A stretch of DNA of 64,000 bases. Origin: an uncultured delta proteobacterium (GTDB lineage: Bacteria; Desulfobacterota; Desulfobacteria; Desulfobacterales; JAFDCJ01). The notes under the pieces are model-generated. The model worked only from the letters and a program-made list of their open reading frames with translations, did not search any database and was not told where the DNA came from. Each line of letters opens with the position of its first letter. Position 1 is the stretch's first letter. A program made the translations under genes and the position numbers. Where the stretch lies: assembly GCA_963769935.1 (NCBI GenBank), contig CAVYNY010000010.1, forward strand, positions 320,001-384,000. Direction: 5' to 3'. Positions 10,187 to 20,000 of the stretch are shown in pieces.

Positions 10187-11437
10187 ATGAATTCAAGCAA
10201 AAAAAAATTCCGGCTGGTTTTCATATTGGCATTAAGTACAGCGGCGGCACTCATCGGCGCCTGTTTTTTGAGTCTTGATGTTCTGAGCGTCTCTTTGCCC
10301 TCACACAAGATCCCCCAGGACGCGAAAGCCAATTTCGCTTTAATGGCGGAAGCCTGGAATGCAATCCATGACCACTATGTAGACCGGGCATCCATCAAAC
10401 CCGTCCCCCTGACTTACGGTGCCATCAGCGGGATGGTGGACGCTCTCGGCGACACGGGTCACAGCGCGTTTCTCTCCCCGGATATGATCAAAGAGGAAGA
10501 GGAGTTTACAGCCGGCACGTACGAAGGGATCGGTGCCGAGGTGAAGATGAAGGAAGACCACGTGGTCATCGTGACCCCCCTGGACGGTTCTCCGGCGCAG
10601 AAGGCGGGGCTTCAGCCGGGGCAGATTATCCTGGCCGTCAACGGGCAGGACATCATGGGTCTTAATCTCTTCCAGGTCGTGAAACGGATCTCCGGGCCCG
10701 CCGGCAGCCGGGTCAGCCTGCGAATATTCGATTCGAAAACCGGTTTGACGCGGGAAGTGTCCCTGGTGAGAGCCGCCATTGTCATGAACAACGTGACTTG
10801 GCGCCGACTGCCCGCTTCAAGGGTCGCCCATCTGCGGATTGCGGGCTTCAGCGAAGGGGTCACCAGGGACTTGAAGAAGGCTCTGGGTGCGATCATGGCG
10901 CAGGACCTCAAGGGGCTCATACTGGATCTGCGGAACAATCCGGGAGGCCTGCTCAGCGAAGCCGTTTCAACGGCGAGCCAGTTTATTTCAGGAGGCAATG
11001 TGCTCCTGGAAAAAAACGCCAAGGGCCAAATCACATCCATCGCGGTGGAAAAGGGTGGTGCAGCCCTGTCCATCCCCATGGTGGTCCTGGTGAACAACGG
11101 CACTGCCAGTGCCGCAGAGATCGTATCGGGCGCCCTTCAGGACCGGGGCCGGGCAAGGCTGGTGGGGGCTACCACCTTCGGTACCGGCACGGTTCTGCAG
11201 CAGTTTCCCCTCTCCGATGGCTCAGCCCTATTGTTGGCGGTTCAGGAGTGGTTGACGCCAAATGGAAACGAGATTTGGCACAAAGGAATCACCCCTAATT
11301 TTGTCGTTTCACTCCCGGAAGGCGCTTCGCCCGTGTTTCCGGAAGAGGAACAGGGCATGACGCTGGAGCAGCTGAAGGAAAACAGAGACACTCAGCTGCA
11401 GAAAGCCCTTACCCTGATTGCCGATCAGATAGGATAG
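10187..11437 (+). CDS. S41 C-terminal processing peptidase (CtpA-like, one PDZ)
   Basis: GIGAEV PDZ entry, LDLRNNPGG, TASAAEI, HKGITP; TFGTG in place of TFGKG. Confidence 0.9.
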   Translation: MNSSKKKFRLVFILALSTAAALIGACFLSLDVLSVSLPSHKIPQDAKANFALMAEAWNAIHDHYVDRASIKPVPLTYGAISGMVDALGDTGHSAFLSPDMIKEEEEFTAGTYEGIGAEVKMKEDHVVIVTPLDGSPAQKAGLQPGQIILAVNGQDIMGLNLFQVVKRISGPAGSRVSLRIFDSKTGLTREVSLVRAAIVMNNVTWRRLPASRVAHLRIAGFSEGVTRDLKKALGAIMAQDLKGLILDLRNNPGGLLSEAVSTASQFISGGNVLLEKNAKGQITSIAVEKGGAALSIPMVVLVNNGTASAAEIVSGALQDRGRARLVGATTFGTGTVLQQFPLSDGSALLLAVQEWLTPNGNEIWHKGITPNFVVSLPEGASPVFPEEEQGMTLEQLKENRDTQLQKALTLIADQIG

Positions 11438-11495
11438 CGGTCTTATCAATACCCTGCTGATTTTACACAGCAGTGGGTTGCCAGGGGTTTAAACG

Positions 11496-13037
11496 ATGTC
11501 GAAAAAAATTTGCCTCATCACTCTTTTTTTCTTTTTTCTGGTGAGCACGGCCGCACCCCAGACGCCGGTGAAGGACCCGGCTTCGGAGGCAAAGGAAGAA
11601 ACGGCGGCCGCCGAGAAGCTTTCCATAACGCATCACTCCCTGCTCATCAACGACCGGGCCTTTGATTATACAGCCACCGCAGGCAGGCTGCCGGTAGTCG
11701 ACAAATCGGGCAAGCATGAGGCCGACATTTTCTTCATCGCCTATACAAAGGAACAGGTGCAGGACTTCGCCCTGCGGCCCATCGCTTTCGCCTTTAACGG
11801 CGGACCGGGAGCCGCCTCGGTCTGGCTCAATCTGGGGGCCTTCGGGCCCAAGCGGGTTGAACTCCCGGAAGAACAGCAGCCGTCAGCCCCTCCCTATAAA
11901 ATCGTAGATAACTCCTACGGCCTGCTTGATCTCATGGACCTTGTCTTTATCGACCCGGTGGGCACAGGCTTCAGCCGTCCGGCTGCCGGAATAGAAGCCT
12001 CCGTCTTCTACGGCATAGACAAAGACGTCGGCTCCATCAGCGAATTTATCCGCGCTTACGTATCCCGTTTTGAGCGCTGGGAGTCTCCCAAGTTTCTTAT
12101 CGGTGAGAGTTACGGCGGGTTAAGGGCTGTTCTGCTGGCCGGCCGTCTGCATGACAATTACGGCATGGATTGCAATGGGCTGATTCTTTTATCCCCAGCG
12201 CTTCAATACCAGAACTTCGTGTTCGGCTCCGGAAATTTCCTGCCCTATGCACTTTTCCTGCCTGCTTACACGGCGGCCGCATTTCATCATAAAAAGCTTG
12301 CGCTGCCCTTGCTGTCGGACCTCAAACAGACGCTGGCCCAGGTCGAGGCCTGGAGCATGAGCGAGTACCTCCTGGCGCTGAGCAGAGGGGATGCCCTCAC
12401 TCCGGAGAGGCGCAAGGTGGTTGTGGATAAACTTTCGGCTTACACGGGCATTTCTGAAGATTACATCGAGCGCAAGAAACTGAGAATCACAAACCGGGAG
12501 TTCAGCCGGGAGTTGCTCCGCTCCCGGAGCCTGGTTGTCGGCATCCTGGACAGCCGTCTGACAGCCATGGCCGAATCGATGGGAAGCTTTCTTGATGAAC
12601 CGGACATGGTGCTGACCATCGGACCTTATGTGGGCGTCTTGAACAATCACCTCCGGCGGGACCTTAATTATAAGACCGACCTGCCCTACCGGTTTTTTTT
12701 TGCAAAGGCCAATTCCTCGTGGGATTACGGTTCTGCACAGCTTGGATACCCATCCGTGACGGATCCCCTGGCAGCCCTCATCTCCAAATTCAAATATTTC
12801 AAGGTTTTTATCGCCAGGGGGTATTACGACCTGGACATCGGCTATTTTGCCACTCCCTACGTAATCAACCACCTGGGACTGCCGCCGGAACTCAGAGCAA
12901 ATATCATCCTCCGCTTTTACGACGCCGGCCACCAAATCTATGTTCATCTGCCGTCTCTCAAACGGCTCAAGGAAGACGTGACGGATTTTATCAAAAAATC
13001 AAGGGATAGCGATGAGAGAAGCAACCCGGGGAAATAA
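11496..13037 (+). CDS. S10 serine carboxypeptidase, exported
   Basis: FNGGPGAAS, FIDPVGTGFS, GESYGG, GYYDL and YDAGH; signal peptide. Confidence 0.9.
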   Translation: MSKKICLITLFFFFLVSTAAPQTPVKDPASEAKEETAAAEKLSITHHSLLINDRAFDYTATAGRLPVVDKSGKHEADIFFIAYTKEQVQDFALRPIAFAFNGGPGAASVWLNLGAFGPKRVELPEEQQPSAPPYKIVDNSYGLLDLMDLVFIDPVGTGFSRPAAGIEASVFYGIDKDVGSISEFIRAYVSRFERWESPKFLIGESYGGLRAVLLAGRLHDNYGMDCNGLILLSPALQYQNFVFGSGNFLPYALFLPAYTAAAFHHKKLALPLLSDLKQTLAQVEAWSMSEYLLALSRGDALTPERRKVVVDKLSAYTGISEDYIERKKLRITNREFSRELLRSRSLVVGILDSRLTAMAESMGSFLDEPDMVLTIGPYVGVLNNHLRRDLNYKTDLPYRFFFAKANSSWDYGSAQLGYPSVTDPLAALISKFKYFKVFIARGYYDLDIGYFATPYVINHLGLPPELRANIILRFYDAGHQIYVHLPSLKRLKEDVTDFIKKSRDSDERSNPGK

Positions 13038-13093
13038 GTCTCATTATTTTCATATTGCCGATTTGAAATAAAAGCGGATTAATCAAGAATTAA

Positions 13094-13852
13094 GACGGGG
13101 AGGGGATGCGTAATTTTTTCAAACAGTTTTCGTTTCCCGGCGGCCTCGGCAGCCACTGCACCCCTGAGACGCCCGGCTCGATTCATAAAGGCGGCGAACT
13201 GGGCTACAGCCTCTCCCATGCTTTCGGAGCGGCCTTCGACCGTCCTGATCTGATCGTCGCGGTGATGGTGGGCGACGGCGAGGCCGAGACCGGCCCCCTG
13301 GCAACAGCCTGGCATGCCGTACTTTCGCAGCTATGCCGTGGAGGTGACTCAGCCCGGGACAACGGCTGGAAAAATGTCGGGAAATTCCCTGGCGGCGACC
13401 GCCCTTCTCCGGGAAAACTTTCCGGAACTCAAGATCCGTTTTGTCAATGTCGTCGACCTGTTCAAGCTCGAGCCGCAGACCGAACATCTGCACGGACTTT
13501 CAGACCCGGACTTCAACAGCCTGTTCACCGTGGACAAGCCGATCATTTTCAATTTTCACGGCTACGCCTGGCTGATCCACAAGCTGCCTACCGCCGCGCC
13601 AACCACCAAAATCTGCATGTGCGCGGTTACAAGGAATACGGCAACATCAATACACCGCTGGAGCTGGCCATCGGCAACCAGATCGATCGTTTCAACCTGG
13701 CGATCGATGTCATTGACCGGGTTCCCAAGCTCCGCGCTACCGGGGCCCATGTCAAAGAGTGGCTCAAGAATCAGATTATCGACAATACCAACCATGCCCC
13801 CGAGTTCGGGATCGACCGGCCCGAGTTCACCAACTGGAAGTGGCCGTATTAG
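13094..13852 (+). pseudogene. xfp: Phosphoketolase (Xfp) relic with large internal deletions and frameshifts
   Basis: [32 protein letters not shown] is joined to FRSYAVEV, then [16 protein letters not shown], then [16 protein letters not shown], across different frames. About 750 bp against roughly 2.4 kb for an intact gene. Confidence 0.88.
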
Positions 13853-13876
13853 ATCGGCAAAAAAAAGGAGCACCGT

Positions 13877-16399
13877 ATGACCATTTCAGCATATTTTCTC
13901 ATTCCTCCGCTGCCTGAAGGACTTAAAGGTTTGGCCGAGGTGGGGCTGGACCTGCGCTGGTCCTGGAGCCATGCAACCGATCCCCTCTGGGAACGAATCG
14001 ACCCCGAACTCTGGAACCTGACCCGCAATCCCTGGCTTATTCTTCAGTCGGTTTCTTCCGCCCGGCTCGAAGACCTGGCCCGGGATACAGATTTCAGAAC
14101 ACAGGTACACGAGCATGTAAAAACGCATCGCAAGAATCTGGAAGAACCCAGCTGGTTCTCGGAGACCCACGCCGCCGCATCATTGACCGTCGCGTACTTC
14201 AGCATGGAGTTCGGGCTGAGCGAGGCTTTGCCGATTTACTCCGGAGGACTCGGAATCCTGGCGGGCGACTATCTCAAAACCGCCAGTGATCTTGGTGTGC
14301 CCGTCGTGGGCATCGGTCTTCTCTATCAACAGGGATACTTTCGCCAGGTAATCGATGCCGGCGGTACTCAGGTGGAGTTTTACCCTTACAATGATCCCAG
14401 CCAGCTGCCGGTGCTGCCGGTGCGTGACGTGCAGGGAGAATGGCTGCGCATGGAGTTGGACTTTCCCGGTCGGCCGGTGCGCTTGCGGGTGTGGGAGGCC
14501 AAAGTCGGTCGCGTAACGCTCTACCTTCTTGACAGCAACGATCCTGCCAACAGTCCCGCCGACCAGTGTATTACCGCCGAACTATACGGCGGCGGGCCGG
14601 AGCTGCGTTTGCAACAGGAGATCGTGCTCGGTATCGGCGGATGGCAACTTTTGCGTCGACTGGGAATCGACGCGCATATCTGCCACCTCAACGAAGGCCA
14701 CGCCGCGCTGGCCGTCGCTGAAAGGGCGCGATCATTTATGGAGGAAAGCGGTCAATCCTTTGAAGTATCGCTGGCAGCCACCCGAGCCGGCAATATCTTC
14801 ACCACCCATACACCGGTGGAAGCCGGCTTTGACCGCTTTTACCCGCCGCTGGTGAACCAGTACCTGGGGGCCTATGCCGGGAAGCTGGGCATCGGACTCG
14901 ACGGGCTCCTTTCCCTCGGGCGCCGGGATCCGGGCAATGCAACCGAACCGCTCAACATGGCCTACCTTGCCGTCCGAGGTTCGGGCAGGGTCAATGGTGT
15001 CAGTCGGCTTCACGGGGAGGTCAGCCGGCGCATTTTTCAAGATCTCTTTCCGCGTTGGCCGCTGTCGGAGGTTCCGGTCACCCATGTTACCAACGGAATT
15101 CACGTGCCTTCCTGGGATTCAGCCGCTGCGGATGGGCTTTGGCATGAAGCCTGCGGCAAAAACCGCTGGCTGGGAACCATGAGCACCCTCGAAGCCGACC
15201 TCAAGCTGGTGCCGGATGCGGTGCTCTGGAACTTTCGCAACGAGGGCTGCCGGCAGCTCATTCAGTATGCGCGCAGCCGGCTTGCCCGGCAGCTGGAGGC
15301 GGCAGGCGCTGCCCGACAAGAGATTGCGGAGGCCGGCCAAGCATTGGATCCCGACGCTTTCACCATGGGGTTTGCGCGTCGGTTTGCCGCCTATAAGCGA
15401 CCCAATCTCCTGCTGCATGATCCGGATCGATTGACAGGCATGCTTCAAAAATCCGACCGACCGGTTCAGCTTATCATCGCCGGAAAAGCACACCCGAAAG
15501 ACGAGCCCGGAAAGGCACTGGTGCGGGCCTGGTCGGATTTTATCCGCCGCTCGCAGCTTCAATCGAGGATTATTTTTCTGGCGGATTACGATATGTCTTT
15601 GGCAGAACGCCTCGTGCAAGGTGTGGATCTTTGGATCAACACACCGCGGCGGCCATGGGAGGCCAGCGGTACCAGCGGCATGAAGGTTCTGGTCAACGGC
15701 GGACTGAACCTCTCGGAACTGGACGGCTGGTGGGCTGAAGCGTACCGTCCGGAGGTGGGCTGGGCACTCGGAGACGGTCGGGAGCATGGTGACGACCCGG
15801 CCTGGGATGCGCAAGAAGCCGAACAACTCTATCGGCTGCTGGAGGATGAAGTGATTCCCGCCTTCTATGATCGAGATTCCAAAGGCATTCCCACGACCTG
15901 GACCCACCGCATGCGGCTGAGCATGGCCGAACTCACGCCGCAGTTCAGCACCAACCGGATGGTGCGGGAATATGTCGAGAAGCTATATTTGCCGGCGGCT
16001 TTGGCCTACCGCGAGCGCAGCGCCGATGGGGCCCGCAGATCCGTGGCGCTTTGCCGGTGGCGCAAGTTGCTGGAAGCCCACTGGCAGCAGCTTTCCTTTG
16101 GGAGCCTCGAGTTTGGGGAGCAGGATGGGCACTATACCTTTAAATTGCCGGTCTATTACGAAGGTTTTGATCCGGAAGACATTCAGGTTCAGCTTTATGC
16201 CGAACCCCGCAACGGCAGCAACGTCGAAATTCATCCCATGGTTCGCGGCGAGCAAATCTTGATGCCGGAGCCAGGCGGCTTTTTCAGCGCCCGCATCCCG
16301 GCGCAACGGCCGGCCGGCGACTATACGCCGCGGGTTATTCCGGCCTTTGAGGGAGCCGATGTGCCGATTGAGAACGACCTGATACTGTGGTACCGATGA
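13877..16399 (+). CDS. glgP: Alpha-glucan (glycogen) phosphorylase
   Basis: [36 protein letters not shown]. Confidence 0.95.
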   Translation: MTISAYFLIPPLPEGLKGLAEVGLDLRWSWSHATDPLWERIDPELWNLTRNPWLILQSVSSARLEDLARDTDFRTQVHEHVKTHRKNLEEPSWFSETHAAASLTVAYFSMEFGLSEALPIYSGGLGILAGDYLKTASDLGVPVVGIGLLYQQGYFRQVIDAGGTQVEFYPYNDPSQLPVLPVRDVQGEWLRMELDFPGRPVRLRVWEAKVGRVTLYLLDSNDPANSPADQCITAELYGGGPELRLQQEIVLGIGGWQLLRRLGIDAHICHLNEGHAALAVAERARSFMEESGQSFEVSLAATRAGNIFTTHTPVEAGFDRFYPPLVNQYLGAYAGKLGIGLDGLLSLGRRDPGNATEPLNMAYLAVRGSGRVNGVSRLHGEVSRRIFQDLFPRWPLSEVPVTHVTNGIHVPSWDSAAADGLWHEACGKNRWLGTMSTLEADLKLVPDAVLWNFRNEGCRQLIQYARSRLARQLEAAGAARQEIAEAGQALDPDAFTMGFARRFAAYKRPNLLLHDPDRLTGMLQKSDRPVQLIIAGKAHPKDEPGKALVRAWSDFIRRSQLQSRIIFLADYDMSLAERLVQGVDLWINTPRRPWEASGTSGMKVLVNGGLNLSELDGWWAEAYRPEVGWALGDGREHGDDPAWDAQEAEQLYRLLEDEVIPAFYDRDSKGIPTTWTHRMRLSMAELTPQFSTNRMVREYVEKLYLPAALAYRERSADGARRSVALCRWRKLLEAHWQQLSFGSLEFGEQDGHYTFKLPVYYEGFDPEDIQVQLYAEPRNGSNVEIHPMVRGEQILMPEPGGFFSARIPAQRPAGDYTPRVIPAFEGADVPIENDLILWYR

Positions 16400-16416
16400 A
16401 AAGGCGAGGATAGACC

Positions 16417-16920
16417 ATGGAAAATAAAATGGGAACACTAATAAAACCAGTGATATGTAGGATCGTGTCATTTACGCTGTTTTTAGGCGCAATTGCCGTA
16501 TTTTCAGGTTGCAGCGGCATGTACGGCAGCTACAAGCGGAACGCTGAAATTTATCAGGCCTTTCAAGTCAACCAGGTGAATAGGAATTATACTTATTATT
16601 ACAACGGCGTCGGTAATCAGGTTTATGCCATCATCGGAATCGAACCCAAGTATCAGATTCACTCCAAATTTTGGCGCGAATCCAAGCCGGACACTGCTGA
16701 ATTCAAGAAACTAACGAACCGGATCTGGGAGGACTACGGGTATCGAACCTACGGGGCTGACCTCCTGGACCCGGCGGGAAAAAAAATAGGAATCGTGTAC
16801 ACCAGCATTTATGAGGTCGTCGTTAAATTTCTTGGGGATAATCAATTAGAGGTGATGCTGGGTACACCTTACCTCTGGGGTCCCGGAGATGGAGGCGGCG
16901 GTTTTCAAACAACTCATTAA
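16417..16920 (+). CDS. Hypothetical lipoprotein
   Basis: Hydrophobic signal ending in a FSG-C lipobox; Tyr-rich body; sits in the operon run. Confidence 0.7.
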   Translation: MENKMGTLIKPVICRIVSFTLFLGAIAVFSGCSGMYGSYKRNAEIYQAFQVNQVNRNYTYYYNGVGNQVYAIIGIEPKYQIHSKFWRESKPDTAEFKKLTNRIWEDYGYRTYGADLLDPAGKKIGIVYTSIYEVVVKFLGDNQLEVMLGTPYLWGPGDGGGGFQTTH

Positions 16921-16940
16921 AATCAAGTCGGTAAATCGAG

Positions 16941-19055
16941 ATGGCATCATTAAATTGGGCTGTTCTTTGGGCTGAATGGTTCTGGCCGATTTTGCTGTTC
17001 CTGGTTGGATTGGGGTTGGTCATTTTCGTTCACGAACTCGGTCATTTCACCGTTGCCAAAGCCGTCGGAATCCGGGTCGATCAATTCGCCCTCGGCTTCG
17101 GGCCACGGTTGTTCGGCTTCAAGCGGGGGGAGACCGACTATCGGGTCAACATCGTGCCAATGGGCGGATATGTCAAAATGGCCGGCCAGGAGGACTTCGG
17201 CCCTGCCCGGGAGCAGGATGAGCACGACCCACGAGCCTTCAGCAATAAACCGATCAGTGCGCGCTTAGCGGTTATCTCCGCCGGCGTGGTCATGAATGCC
17301 CTGCTGGCCGCGGCCCTCTTCGTTGTCGTCTGCCTGGCAGGCATTCGTTTTCCGGCGCCGATTGTCGGCGGAACGCTGCTCGGATCACCAGCGCAGGATG
17401 CAAGAATTCACTGGAGGGGCATGGATCATGAAGGTGCGAATTCCTCGGGTCCAGGACCTCGACAAATGGCCTCGCTCCAGGACATTTCAGTAGGGTTGAA
17501 GCCCGGCGACAGAATTCTCAGGGTGGACGGCAAGCGCATTACCCAATTTGCCCAGCTCGCAGCCATCTCCGTTCTGGCTGAGCCCAACCAGAACTTCAGA
17601 ATGATTATTGAGCGGGAGGGAGAGGAGGGCTTTCAAAGAGGCGACACGAAAATCGGCGTCATGCCCCTGGGAGGGCATCTGGGGTTCGGCCTTATGCCGG
17701 CGATGAGCACCACCTTCGGCTCTCTGGAGGACTACATCACGGATGATCCCTTTAAGGCCGGCGACCGGCTCCTGGCAGTCAATGGGCAGAGAATCCGTCA
17801 CCACTGGGATATCCTGTCGGTGGAGGCGGGTCTTAACGGACAGGCAGCGACAATCACGATTCTGCGGGAACAAAAAGAGATCAATCTCAGGCTTCAGCCG
17901 GCGTTTCGCATCAAAGACGGCGTGTTTTTCCTGAAAGAGGGTGCCCGGGTGTCCGGCCGGATCGTGGCTTACAAGGGTGCGGAGGGTGTGATCGTTGTGA
18001 GACTGCCGAGCGGTGAGGAAAAGCGCGTGCTTCTCAGCGATGCGGTTTGGCCTGCCAGGGATGAAATTCTGGATATACTGGGGCTTGTGCCTCGATTGAA
18101 GATTTCCGGAGTGATTAAAGGATCGCCTGCGTTTCAGGCCGGACTAAAACCCGGCGACATCATTGAAAAATATGCCGGCAGGCCCTTGCCCACCATGCGG
18201 GCGTTTCTCGATATCAACCGCAAGATCGCCGAGGGGGCTGCGACAATCGTCGTCGAGCGCAATGGCCGGCGTCTCGCGCCCATCGAGATTCACCCTATCA
18301 AACATCAGGGTCGCACCGTCGTTGGCATCGCTGTGGGCATCGACCAGATGAATCCCGTCGTGGCTAATGTGCGCACCGGTTCTCCCGCTGCAATGGCGGG
18401 AATGGCCGGCGGCGATATCTTCACCAGGGTGAACGGGGGGAAAGTCGGCAACTGGATTGAATTGTTCACCGCTTTGAAGGCCCTGCAAGGTCAGGATGTT
18501 TCCATTTCGTTCGAACACAACGGCCCGGCCGAGAAAAAAGGACGGATCGGCGGACTCACCCCTTCCGTTTTCGACCCGCAGGACTACCGCTTTGTTCTTT
18601 TTCCCGGACCCCGGGGATTCACCATTCTCATGGGCAGAGAAGTGAAAAAGAACCCCGTAGCGGCAGTCCTTTGGGGCTTCCGTGAAACATGGGACTTCAT
18701 TGCCATGACCTATGCCACGCTTGCGGGCAGCTTCAGAGGGACGGTATCTTACAAAGAGTTCAGCGGACCGGTGGGCATCGGAAGTATGGCCATTCAAGCG
18801 GGACGCGCAGGGGTAACCGATTTCATCTATTTCATGGCCATCGTCTCCGTATCCCTGGCGGTGTTAAATTTCTTGCCCCTGCCCGTGGTTGACGGGGGTT
18901 ACGTTGTATTCCTGCTCATCGAAAAGATCCGGGGCAAGCCGCTTCCCTTCAAAGTCCAAAACACCATCGTCATGGTGGGATGGGCGCTTTTGATCTCCTT
19001 TTTCGTTTTACTGACTTGGAACGATATCATGCGAATCTTAAGCGGCCTTTGGTGA
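16941..19055 (+). CDS. rseP: RseP / site-2 intramembrane metalloprotease (M50) with multiple PDZ domains
   Basis: HELGH, PMGGYVKM, AGVVMN, SGPVGI and NFLPLPVVDGG; four GD-x-hydrophobic PDZ-like cores. Confidence 0.9.
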   Translation: MASLNWAVLWAEWFWPILLFLVGLGLVIFVHELGHFTVAKAVGIRVDQFALGFGPRLFGFKRGETDYRVNIVPMGGYVKMAGQEDFGPAREQDEHDPRAFSNKPISARLAVISAGVVMNALLAAALFVVVCLAGIRFPAPIVGGTLLGSPAQDARIHWRGMDHEGANSSGPGPRQMASLQDISVGLKPGDRILRVDGKRITQFAQLAAISVLAEPNQNFRMIIEREGEEGFQRGDTKIGVMPLGGHLGFGLMPAMSTTFGSLEDYITDDPFKAGDRLLAVNGQRIRHHWDILSVEAGLNGQAATITILREQKEINLRLQPAFRIKDGVFFLKEGARVSGRIVAYKGAEGVIVVRLPSGEEKRVLLSDAVWPARDEILDILGLVPRLKISGVIKGSPAFQAGLKPGDIIEKYAGRPLPTMRAFLDINRKIAEGAATIVVERNGRRLAPIEIHPIKHQGRTVVGIAVGIDQMNPVVANVRTGSPAAMAGMAGGDIFTRVNGGKVGNWIELFTALKALQGQDVSISFEHNGPAEKKGRIGGLTPSVFDPQDYRFVLFPGPRGFTILMGREVKKNPVAAVLWGFRETWDFIAMTYATLAGSFRGTVSYKEFSGPVGIGSMAIQAGRAGVTDFIYFMAIVSVSLAVLNFLPLPVVDGGYVVFLLIEKIRGKPLPFKVQNTIVMVGWALLISFFVLLTWNDIMRILSGLW

Positions 19056-19225
19056 TATTTTTCAACATGGGGCAACCGGCAGCAGCGGAAGCGAAAAAAA
19101 AGATGACCGTCCATAGGGCGGTCTGGCTGGCCGGCCGCCGAAAGATCACCCTGGGTGAAGAGATATCCGGTGAGAAGCAGAAATGGAATCCTTCAAATCA
19201 TGACTTGAGATGTTTACTCAGGAAA

Positions 19226-19600
19226 TCAAAGGTTCTTTGCCAGGATCGACAGAACACCCCCCATGCAAAAGCCGATTACCCCCGTCTGGCGCGCTTTGGA
19301 TTTAAGGTGCCGGACCGCACCTCGTATGTCCTGGCTCGCCGCGTCCCTGAAGTCCAAATCGCCCATGAGGTGCTCTGCCTCGGCCGCCTCCAAAGTGACC
19401 TTGCCCCTGTAAAGGTCGGGCACCAGGATCCGGTAGCCGGCCTCAGTTAGGCGCCGCGCGACCCCCTTGATCTGTTCATTGAGCCCCCATCACTCCTGGA
19501 TAACGACCATACCCGGAGCGTCTTCTCCAGAGCTGGTCGCCGCATAGTAGCCGGTGCAATCTTGTCCATCCGGCCGCTTGAAAGTGACTGTTTTGCCCAT
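19226..19600 (-). pseudogene. Dienelactone hydrolase family relic (in-frame stop, C-terminal truncation)
   Basis: Manual translation from ATG 19600: MGKTVTFKRPDG..VVIQE*WGLNEQIKGVARRL..PDLYRG..GVIGFCMGG. TGA at 19490-19492 replaces the conserved Trp. Confidence 0.85.
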
Positions 19601-20000
19601 GGGTCTATTCCTTTTCTTTTTAATTGACAGGCAATGCGAAATACTTTAAATTCATGCTCAAAAAGACATTTCTTGTCCCACACATCATTCACATGAATTT
19701 ATTTTTGTTCAAAGCTGCATCGGGCGGGCCCTATTCCTTGAAATGTGCGAACAGTCCCATCGTAAATTCGTGAACTGCACACTCAAATTTCCTGCTGCAC
19801 CGTCGTAATTATTCCGCTCCGAAAAATATGCACAGCAATAAGTAATCGGTCCGCCGAACCTTTTATTTAAAAACTTTCCTCAGTTGTAAAAGGGCAAATT
19901 ACACCCCTGAACCAGCTAATTTCCAGGGCGAAATAATCAGGTGGCCTTTCATGTCAAAAAACACCGCCCCAACCAAGTCAGGCGATTGCAGGAGGATGTC

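Noticed and set aside
19490..19492. In-frame TGA as selenocysteine or recoded Trp
   Set aside because: It aligns to a conserved Trp, not Cys; the gene is also truncated; TGA is a normal stop in other genes of this window.
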